This document shows, piece by piece, positions 18,370 through 24,392 of a stretch of 39,684 nt of DNA. The notes below the pieces were generated by a model. It had not been told where the DNA came from, ran no database searches, and saw only the letters and a program-made list of their open reading frames with translations. Each line of letters opens with the position of its first letter. Position 1 is the stretch's first letter. The position numbers and the translations under genes are program-made. Source of the DNA: a virus; IMG/VR virus record IMGVR_UViG_3300000292_000030, positions 1 to 39,684 of that record; one strand, written 5' to 3'.

Positions 18370-18400
18370 GCGACCGATAGCGACCGATAGCGACCGATAA
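18370..18400. repeat. GC-rich 10-bp tandem repeat (GCGACCGATA x3) with an inverted partner TTATCGG at 18361..18367
   Basis: Read directly: ttatcggac gcgaccgata gcgaccgata gcgaccgata a, starting 1 nt after the endolysin stop. Confidence 0.9.
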
Positions 18401-18464
18401 CATTTAGATAATATGTATAAATATTCCAGATGTAGTCGATACTCTAATAAAGGAGGTGTCGGCC

Positions 18465-18548
18465 ATGAAAAAAATAGCATTGGAAATAACAGGGCGCATT
18501 GCATATCTAGGAATTGGAGTAGCAAGTGCTATATTAATAATGATGTAA
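18465..18548 (+). CDS. 27-aa hydrophobic peptide (possible membrane peptide / moron)
   Basis: AGGAGGTG lies 7 nt upstream of the ATG. Translation: MKKIALEITGRIAYLGIGVASAILIMM. Its own hairpin terminator lies downstream. Below the ORF-track cutoff. Confidence 0.35.
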   Translation: MKKIALEITGRIAYLGIGVASAILIMM

Positions 18549-18590
18549 TGGTAGGCTAGGGGAGTATATCTCAGAAGATAATAAATAAAT

Positions 18591-18620
18591 AAGGCTGGAG
18601 AAATGAATTCTCTAGCCTTT
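18591..18620 (+). terminator. hairpin terminator after the 27-aa peptide gene
   Basis: A 12-bp stem (aaggctggagaa / ttctctagcctt, one G-T pair) with loop atgaa, followed by only a single T (18620) after the stem. Confidence 0.55.
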
Positions 18621-18650
18621 AATGTGTTATAATAAATGTGGATAAGTTAA

Positions 18651-18674
18651 TTTTACTGACATTTTTACTGACAT
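18651..18674 (+). repeat. attP arm-type repeats, P arm (TTTTACTGACAT x2)
   Basis: Perfect 12-bp tandem duplication containing TTACTGAC. Confidence 0.6.
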
Positions 18675-18829
18675 TTTAATTTGAAATTTTGTTAAAACGT
18701 TGGTATTGCTAATACTATAAGTTTAATATAATATAGTTACTAGATATATTAAATATGATTTATTAGTATTTAAATCGGTTTACAATGTTTAAATATCAGT
18801 GTTTTTTGATTTATTTATTTTCAAATAAC

Positions 18830-18887
18830 TTACTGACAATTTACTGACCAGTTAAGTTTTTACTGACAAAACTGACAATTTACTGAC
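18830..18887 (+). repeat. attP arm-type repeats, P' arm (TTACTGAC x4 plus one ACTGAC), abutting and overlapping the integrase 3' end
   Basis: TTACTGAC occurs at 18830, 18841, 18860 and 18880, and AACTGAC at 18870, all in the same orientation as the P-arm copies. Confidence 0.6.
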
Positions 18888-20007
18888 TTAGTATATTGTC
18901 AATTTTGTCAACTGCTATCTTATCATTTTCCTTAAAAGCGTGCGCGTAGATTTTTAATGTAATAGATATGTCGGAATGACCCACGCGTTCTGATATTGTT
19001 TTTACATCTACACCAGATGCAACTAACATAGAAACATGAGAATGTCTTAATGCATGTAGCTTTTTAAATTCAAGTCCGATTCTTTTAATAAATCGTTTAA
19101 AAGTAATATCTAGATTATACGGATTATAATAATTGTTATTGCTGTTTATGCATACTGTGTCATATTCTTTTTCTTTCATTAAACCTTGTAATTTTAATTT
19201 ATTTTGTCTTAATTTCTCTTTTTTTAACATATCAAAAACATGATCTGGCAGAGTGATGCTTCTTATTGACGATTCACTCTTTGGTTGCTTCATGATATAT
19301 TTGCCCTCTATGTATTGTAAATTGTATTGAATTTTTATAGTTTTATTTTCGAAGTCTACACAATCCCATGTTAAACCTAAAACCTCACCACGTCTTAGAC
19401 CTCCATAAATCAAAAGCTTTATAGTATTTTGAAAATATATACTTTCACTTTCTAAAGCGTTTAGTATCTGTTTTATTTCTTCTATCGAATATATTTCTTC
19501 TTCGTGTGTTTTATTGTTCTTCGGAAAGATAATAAAATCAGTAATCCTTTTATTTATCTCTTGTAATCTGTATGCTTCATTTAGCACAGCATTGCATAAT
19601 TGCATTATTTTTCGTTTTGAACGATAAGCTAAATCTTTTTGAAACACATAATTAACAAATGTTTGATATTTATTTACAGTTATGTCACTTAATTTCATAT
19701 TTCCCCAATAAGGTTCGACATGTTTTTTTACGATACTTTTCGCACAAGCAATAGTATTTTCAGATATCCCTAACTTGCTATCGTAATATCGATAACAGCG
19801 ATTTGTAAAAGAAATGTTACTCGGCAAAGCATAAATATCATTATTTATACTATTTTTAACTTCTATTAATTTTTTATCTGCATCTTTTTTATTTATAAAA
19901 CTACCTTGCGACTTTTGTTTCTTTTTGCCAACTTCATCTATATATTCTACATATACATAATATTTGTCATTTCTTTTACGTATAAAACTACTTAAGATTT
20001 TTTCCAT
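18880..20007 (-). CDS. int: tyrosine recombinase / phage integrase
   Basis: 375 aa. The catalytic region reads GLRRGEVLGLTW ... HALRHSHVSMLVASGVDVKTISERVGHSDISITLKIYAH (R..HxxR..Y pattern). An N-terminal SAM-like arm/core-binding region is present. Confidence 0.9.
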   Translation of the reverse strand: MEKILSSFIRKRNDKYYVYVEYIDEVGKKKQKSQGSFINKKDADKKLIEVKNSINNDIYALPSNISFTNRCYRYYDSKLGISENTIACAKSIVKKHVEPYWGNMKLSDITVNKYQTFVNYVFQKDLAYRSKRKIMQLCNAVLNEAYRLQEINKRITDFIIFPKNNKTHEEEIYSIEEIKQILNALESESIYFQNTIKLLIYGGLRRGEVLGLTWDCVDFENKTIKIQYNLQYIEGKYIMKQPKSESSIRSITLPDHVFDMLKKEKLRQNKLKLQGLMKEKEYDTVCINSNNNYYNPYNLDITFKRFIKRIGLEFKKLHALRHSHVSMLVASGVDVKTISERVGHSDISITLKIYAHAFKENDKIAVDKIDNILSQ

Positions 20008-20060
20008 TGGTAACCCTCCTAATTAAAAAGAGCAGCTGGTAAAACTGCCCTGATGTTTAT

Positions 20061-20576
20061 CTATAATTTTAATATTTGTTCTTTTTTATTTTCATATTCT
20101 TCTTCAGTTATAGCACCCATATCTAGAAGTTTTTTGAATTTCATTAATTCATCTGCATCACTTGATATATTTTGACTTCTATAGTTATTTTTATTTTCTA
20201 TATAGTTCTCTATATATCCTTTAATTTCTAATATTTGTTCATTATCTTTTTTAGTGAAAGAAATAGTATTTTCATCTTGTACCGCATTAAAAACTCCGCC
20301 TTTAGCCTCTTGGCTACCCATTAATATTATTTGTAGATATCCAGTAGTTAAACCAGGTTTTTTATATTGTACTCCTGTTACATTATCTAAACAGATTTTC
20401 TTTGTACCTGTAAATCCTTTATTTATCGAATTCATAATTCCTTTAGCGGTAATAGAAATAAATTTCCCTTCTAAGACAATTTCATATTTGCCGTTTGATT
20501 TTAAATTGTAAACTTTTTTAGAAGTTATAACTTGTCTTTCATTAGATTTATCTTTTTTAGATTTAAATAATCCCAT
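20061..20576 (-). CDS. bacterial PH (YokE-like) domain + SHOCT domain protein, function unknown
   Basis: The C-terminus ELMKFKKLLDMGAITEEEYENKKEQILKL is a SHOCT motif. The central GYLQIILMG...ISF block resembles bPH/YokE-like domains. It sits in the int-proximal moron slot. Confidence 0.55.
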   Translation of the reverse strand: MGLFKSKKDKSNERQVITSKKVYNLKSNGKYEIVLEGKFISITAKGIMNSINKGFTGTKKICLDNVTGVQYKKPGLTTGYLQIILMGSQEAKGGVFNAVQDENTISFTKKDNEQILEIKGYIENYIENKNNYRSQNISSDADELMKFKKLLDMGAITEEEYENKKEQILKL

Positions 20577-20612
20577 AATTATCCCCCTCTTTAGTTTTCA
20601 TTTTTTCTTAAA

Positions 20613-20674
20613 TTGTAGCATATACCAATTTAATTTACACTATTTTCTAGTATAAAATAGATATTATGCTACAA
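20613..20674. promoter_or_regulatory. 10-bp perfect inverted repeat (TTGTAGCATA ... TATGCTACAA) bracketing the divergent promoter region; candidate operator pair
   Basis: Half-sites at 20613..20622 and 20665..20674 are exact reverse complements, 42 bp apart, in the 108-bp gap between 20576(-) and 20685(+). Confidence 0.5.
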
Positions 20675-20684
20675 AAATGATAGT

Positions 20685-20882
20685 ATGAAGATACTAATTT
20701 ACCAACAAAGAATAAAAAAGAGATATTCATTAGAAAAATTAGCAAGAAAAACTAATATTAGTAAAGCTGCACTTAATAACTACGAAACTGAAAAAAGGAA
20801 GGTGAATATATTCCAGCTAGAAGATATAGCCAAGGCTTTAGATTGTAAAATAACAGATTTGTTTGATTCTTATTGGAAGTAA
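20685..20882 (+). CDS. XRE-family helix-turn-helix regulator (65 aa)
   Basis: YSLEKLARKTNISKAALNNYETEKRKVNIFQLEDIAKAL is a classical HTH_3 pattern. There is no obvious SD upstream, so the mRNA may be leaderless or weakly translated. Confidence 0.65.
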   Translation: MKILIYQQRIKKRYSLEKLARKTNISKAALNNYETEKRKVNIFQLEDIAKALDCKITDLFDSYWK

Positions 20883-20885
20883 GCA

Positions 20886-20915
20886 GAAATTTCCGTCTAC
20901 ATATGTGGAAATTTT
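20886..20915 (+). terminator. hairpin after the XRE gene
   Basis: A 9-bp stem (gaaatttcc / ggaaatttt) with a 12-nt loop; T-rich 3' side. Confidence 0.4.
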
Positions 20916-21032
20916 ACTAAAATATTCCAAAAAGGTCGTATTAGATAGTATAATAAGACTATACAAAATATTTTGTAATTTACATATACTATATATCTGA
21001 AAAATAGTATATAATATATGTAAACGATTAAT

Positions 21033-21048
21033 TAGAACGTATGTTCTA
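21033..21048. promoter_or_regulatory. candidate LexA operator (Cheo/SOS box, GAAC-N4-GTTC)
   Basis: Perfect palindrome TAGAAC GTAT GTTCTA, downstream of TATAAT (21010..21015) and upstream of the SD and ATG of ORF 21075. Confidence 0.5.
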
Positions 21049-21074
21049 TGATTTAAGGGGGAATAATCTGGAAT

Positions 21075-21182
21075 ATGAAAGAAAAATTAATAAATGCAAT
21101 AAAAAATCACAAATTAGATCACAAACATTTAAATGAAGTTATAAAGCTAGCTAAAGAAGAATTAAATAAAACAAAAGACTAG
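21075..21182 (+). CDS. 35-aa helical, basic protein downstream of the SOS box (candidate small antirepressor / switch modulator)
   Basis: GGGGG SD lies 13 nt upstream. Translation: MKEKLINAIKNHKLDHKHLNEVIKLAKEELNKTKD. It ends inside the bidirectional terminator. Below the ORF-track cutoff. Confidence 0.4.
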   Translation: MKEKLINAIKNHKLDHKHLNEVIKLAKEELNKTKD

Positions 21183-21203
21183 GGATTTCCTAGTCTTTTT
21201 TTA
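21175..21203. terminator. bidirectional intrinsic terminator shared by the convergent ORFs 21075(+) and 21528(-)
   Basis: A 9-bp stem (aagactagg / cctagtctt) flanked by an A-run on the 5' side and a T-run on the 3' side. Confidence 0.75.
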
Positions 21204-21528
21204 TTAGTCCAAATGCCATTTTAGTTATTAATTCAAGTTGTTCATCTGTTAATTGTTCTGCTAATTTAATAGCATCATGTTCTTTTCCTGACATATCTTC
21301 TAACGGTTTTTTATTATCTACACGCCCTAGCAGATAATCTGTGGTAACGTCAAATATATCTGCTAATTGTAAAAGCGTATGGGCATCTGGTACGCTTATG
21401 CCTCTTTCGTAGCAACCGTATGCTCCTTTTGTTAAACCTATTTTACTAGCAATTTCTTGTTGTGTATAATTATTTTCCTCTCTCAGTTCTCTTAATCTTC
21501 TTGCTAACATGTTTTTCCTATCCTCCAT
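21190..21528 (-). CDS. CI-like lysogeny repressor (XRE HTH, 112 aa, no S24 peptidase domain)
   Basis: LRELREENNYTQQEIASKIGLTKGAYGCYERGISVPDAHTLLQLADIF is an HTH_3 domain. It is divergent from cro across a 212-bp operator/promoter region. Confidence 0.8.
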   Translation of the reverse strand: MEDRKNMLARRLRELREENNYTQQEIASKIGLTKGAYGCYERGISVPDAHTLLQLADIFDVTTDYLLGRVDNKKPLEDMSGKEHDAIKLAEQLTDEQLELITKMAFGLIKKD

Positions 21529-21643
21529 TAAAATGCACTTTATCTATAAATATGTTATAAGTTAATTATACTTATATATTCTCTATTTATGCAAATTTTC
21601 CTCGCCTTTTTGGAATAAAATCGAAAAATTTTAGTCAAAACAC

Positions 21644-21671
21644 TTGACAGGCTAATTTAATTTGCTATAAT
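21644..21671 (+). promoter_or_regulatory. early rightward promoter (PR-like)
   Basis: TTGACA (21644..21649), a 16-nt spacer, then TGcTATAAT (extended -10; TATAAT at 21666..21671). (A/G)ATTTGC motifs at about 21660 and 21694 and on the opposite strand at about 21592 are candidate operators. Confidence 0.65.
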
Positions 21672-21743
21672 GTAAGTATAACAAGTCAATAAGATTTGCT
21701 TAATAATTAAAAAATCTAATTAAATTCGATTGGAGGTGATTTG

Positions 21744-21968
21744 ATGAATAAGCTAAGAGAATACAGAACAGAGGGCAATTATAGACAAAGGGACTTAGCT
21801 GAAAAAATAGGAGTAACAAGACAAGCATTTTCTTGTTATGAATTAGGAATAGCTAAACCTCCACTAGACAAAGCTAAGAAATTAGCCGATATATTTGGAG
21901 TAACAATAGAAGATATTTTTTTTAGTAAATCAGATGAATTAAATTCGACTAATAAAAACATTGACTAA
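21744..21968 (+). CDS. Cro-like XRE HTH regulator
   Basis: GGAGG lies 7 nt upstream of ATG 21744 (the track starts at TTG 21741). YRQRDLAEKIGVTRQAFSCYELGIAKPPLDKAKKLADIF is an HTH_3 domain. Confidence 0.75.
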   Translation: MNKLREYRTEGNYRQRDLAEKIGVTRQAFSCYELGIAKPPLDKAKKLADIFGVTIEDIFFSKSDELNSTNKNID

Positions 21969-21995
21969 TAATATTGATTGAAAGGAGATTGAAAT

Positions 21996-22847
21996 ATGGA
22001 TTGTATAAACGAAATGAATAACTTAGTAGCAAGTATAGATGTAAAAGAATATGAAGGTCAACCAGTAGTTAGCAGTAGAGAGGTAGCTAATAATTTTGAA
22101 AAGCAACACAAACATGTACTTGAATGTATAGAAAATTTAAAAGAGGGGGTAGCCGAAAAATCGGCAGACCTATTTATAGAAAGTAAATATCAACATCCAC
22201 AAAATAAACAATGGTACAAAGAATACTTACTTACTAGAGATGGATTCAGTTTACTGGTAATGGGATTTACTGGAGCAAAAGCATTACAGTGGAAACTTAA
22301 ATATATAGAAGCATTCAACAAAATGGAACAATACATAAAAGAACAGAAACCTAAGTTACCAACTACATACAAAGAAGCATTGCAACATTTATTAGTGCAA
22401 GTTGAAGAAAATGAAAGATTAGCACTAGAAAATAAACAACAAACAAAAGTCATAGAGAAACAATCAGAGGTAATTGGAGAAATGGCTCCAAAAGCAGAGT
22501 ACTTTGATGCTTTAGTAGATAACAACTTACTTACAAATATAAGAGATACTGCTAAAGAATTAGGAATAAAAGAAAGAACTTTTACAGAGTGGTTAATTCA
22601 AAAGAATTTATGCTACAGAGATAAAAAAAGAAAAATTAAACCTTATGCAAATAAGATGAAGTACTTTGAATTAAAAGAATTTACAACTGCTTGGGGACAT
22701 AGCGACACACAAACACTTATAACTCCTAGAGGTAAAGAAACCTTTAGATTACTTCTTATAAAAGATGGATTAATAAAAGATCATAACAAGCAATTAGAGT
22801 TAGGATTACCAGTTAACGAAGTTACAAAATCAGATTTTTATAATTAG
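21996..22847 (+). CDS. antirepressor-type regulator (Rha N-domain + KilAC/ANT C-domain)
   Basis: The N-terminus VVSSREVANNFEKQHKHVLECIENL is Phage_pRha-like. The C-terminus EYFDALVDNNLLTNIRDTAKELGIKERTFTEWL is KilAC/ANT-like. Confidence 0.8.
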   Translation: MDCINEMNNLVASIDVKEYEGQPVVSSREVANNFEKQHKHVLECIENLKEGVAEKSADLFIESKYQHPQNKQWYKEYLLTRDGFSLLVMGFTGAKALQWKLKYIEAFNKMEQYIKEQKPKLPTTYKEALQHLLVQVEENERLALENKQQTKVIEKQSEVIGEMAPKAEYFDALVDNNLLTNIRDTAKELGIKERTFTEWLIQKNLCYRDKKRKIKPYANKMKYFELKEFTTAWGHSDTQTLITPRGKETFRLLLIKDGLIKDHNKQLELGLPVNEVTKSDFYN

Positions 22848-22858
22848 GAGGATTAAAT

Positions 22859-23272
22859 ATGGAAGATAATAAAAAAATTGGATTTACTTATTTGGGAGAC
22901 ATAAGAATAGAGAGAGCAAATGTTAGAGTGATAGAAATAGGGGCTGGAAGTCTTAAATTTGCACTAGACGAAAGATATCCTTACTACATAAAGGTTTATA
23001 TAGGAGATAGCTCTGATGAAGGATTTGAATACATAGACGACATATCAGGGATAGATCCAAAAATAAATGATGATGAATTTATGACAATAGTTCTTAATTA
23101 TTGTGTGCAACATGTAGAGTTTATAACAAATAAAGCAATGGAGGAAAGGGTTCAAAATTACTATAAAAAGTTAGAAAAAGAAAACCAAAAGGTAAAACAA
23201 ATTTTATCTCAGTATACAGATGAACAGTTATTAAACGAAGTTAACGAAAGAGGACTTTTAGGAGGTAATTAG
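22859..23272 (+). CDS. hypothetical early protein (acidic, 137 aa)
   Basis: Strong SD (AGGAGGATTAAAT); no recognisable motif. Confidence 0.55.
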   Translation: MEDNKKIGFTYLGDIRIERANVRVIEIGAGSLKFALDERYPYYIKVYIGDSSDEGFEYIDDISGIDPKINDDEFMTIVLNYCVQHVEFITNKAMEERVQNYYKKLEKENQKVKQILSQYTDEQLLNEVNERGLLGGN

Positions 23273-23273
23273 C

Positions 23274-23477
23274 ATGGCAGTATATACAGGAACAGAACAC
23301 TTCATAAAAAAAGAAGTAGAAGTAGTATCAGACATATTAAGAGCTAGAGGTTTTAGAGAAGAATGGAACATCATAACTCCATACCAAGCAGAAATAAAAA
23401 TGTTTCACGTGTTACAAAACAAGTTTGCACTACTTAGAAAACAAGGCAATAACACAGTAGTTGATTATAGCAGATAG
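23274..23477 (+). CDS. hypothetical early protein (67 aa)
   Basis: Tightly coupled to the upstream ORF (TAGCATG) with an SD GGAGG upstream. Confidence 0.5.
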   Translation: MAVYTGTEHFIKKEVEVVSDILRARGFREEWNIITPYQAEIKMFHVLQNKFALLRKQGNNTVVDYSR

Positions 23478-23485
23478 GAGGCATC

Positions 23486-23569
23486 ATGTTAGCAAAATAC
23501 ATAGCAGCAGTAATCATATTTAACATAGGCTTCTTTTTAGGGGCTTGGTGGCACAGCATACATAATTAG
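23486..23569 (+). CDS. 27-aa single-TM peptide, hypothetical
   Basis: AGGAGG lies 5 nt upstream. Translation: MLAKYIAAVIIFNIGFFLGAWWHSIHN. Below the track cutoff. Confidence 0.3.
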   Translation: MLAKYIAAVIIFNIGFFLGAWWHSIHN

Positions 23570-23580
23570 GGGGTGAAAGT

Positions 23581-23907
23581 ATGGCAAGTGAATTTGAAAA
23601 GATGTTAGTAAGAAACATGGACCAAAGCGAACTACTTCAAACAATATCAGAAAGAATTGACTTAGTTGATATCGTTGAAAAATTTCGTTATAGCGAAGAC
23701 TATGCACCATGTGAATATCTAACAATAGAACAATTACAGGAGTATCTACATTGTGGCCGTAACTATGCTTTACAGGTAGCAAGATATGGACTTAGCACAG
23801 GAGAATACACAGTAAATCATATGGGGAGAAAGTATCTAGTAGACAGAATAAGCTATGACAAATATGTCAAAAGAAAACTAGGAAAGTCTTTAAAGGAGGT
23901 ACTATAA
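23581..23907 (+). CDS. DNA-binding protein with excisionase-like HTH (possible Xis), hypothetical
   Basis: LTIEQLQEYLHCGRNYALQVARYGL....HMGRKYLVDRISYDKYV resembles HTH_17/excisionase-family proteins. The assignment is tentative. Confidence 0.4.
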   Translation: MASEFEKMLVRNMDQSELLQTISERIDLVDIVEKFRYSEDYAPCEYLTIEQLQEYLHCGRNYALQVARYGLSTGEYTVNHMGRKYLVDRISYDKYVKRKLGKSLKEVL

Positions 23908-24186
23908 ATGACAAATCAAGAGTTCAGAAAAGAAGCAAATAAGCTATTTGATAAAGTTGAATACATCAACGAAAACAGTGGCTTTATAAGTGCTTTTCTA
24001 GGATTACATCACCTAAAAGGAATAGACAAACCATTTTGCAGTCTAACTCTTAGAATAGACCAATACAAAACAAAAGACACATTTCTATACACATCAACAG
24101 GAAGTAGAGACACAGAATACACAATTTCAAAGATGCATCAAGTATTAGATGCAGTTATCGAAGGTGTAAAGGAGGTGGTTAGATGA
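23908..24186 (+). CDS. hypothetical early protein (92 aa)
   Basis: SD GGAGG upstream; coupled to its neighbours. Confidence 0.5.
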   Translation: MTNQEFRKEANKLFDKVEYINENSGFISAFLGLHHLKGIDKPFCSLTLRIDQYKTKDTFLYTSTGSRDTEYTISKMHQVLDAVIEGVKEVVR

Positions 24187-24296
24187 AATGTACACCAGAG
24201 GTCCTAAACTACTTAGCAAGTAAATATCCAAACATGACTGTAAAGCAACTTATAGAGTTAATGAACTCAAAATGTAACTGGAGAAATATGTATTAA
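24183..24296 (+). CDS. hypothetical small protein (37 aa)
   Basis: ATGA start/stop overlap with the upstream ORF. Translation: MKCTPEVLNYLASKYPNMTVKQLIELMNSKCNWRNMY. Below the track cutoff. Confidence 0.35.
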   Translation: MKCTPEVLNYLASKYPNMTVKQLIELMNSKCNWRNMY

Positions 24297-24303
24297 ACAC
24301 AAA

Positions 24304-24350
24304 AACTCTCTAGTTGGCGCTAGAGAGTTCACATAAAAATATGTGTTTTT
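24304..24350 (+). terminator. tandem-hairpin intrinsic terminator inside the early region
   Basis: A 10-bp stem (aactctctag / ctagagagtt), then a 6-bp stem (cacata / tatgtg), followed by TTTTT. Confidence 0.65.
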
Positions 24351-24392
24351 AAAAAAATAACTTGATTAAATTATAACATAGGAGGTCAAAAA

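Noticed and set aside
20254-20511. An 85-aa plus-strand ORF inside the bPH-SHOCT gene.
   Set aside because: It is antisense to an ORF with a clear SHOCT motif and its own SD. It has no SD and shadow-ORF composition.
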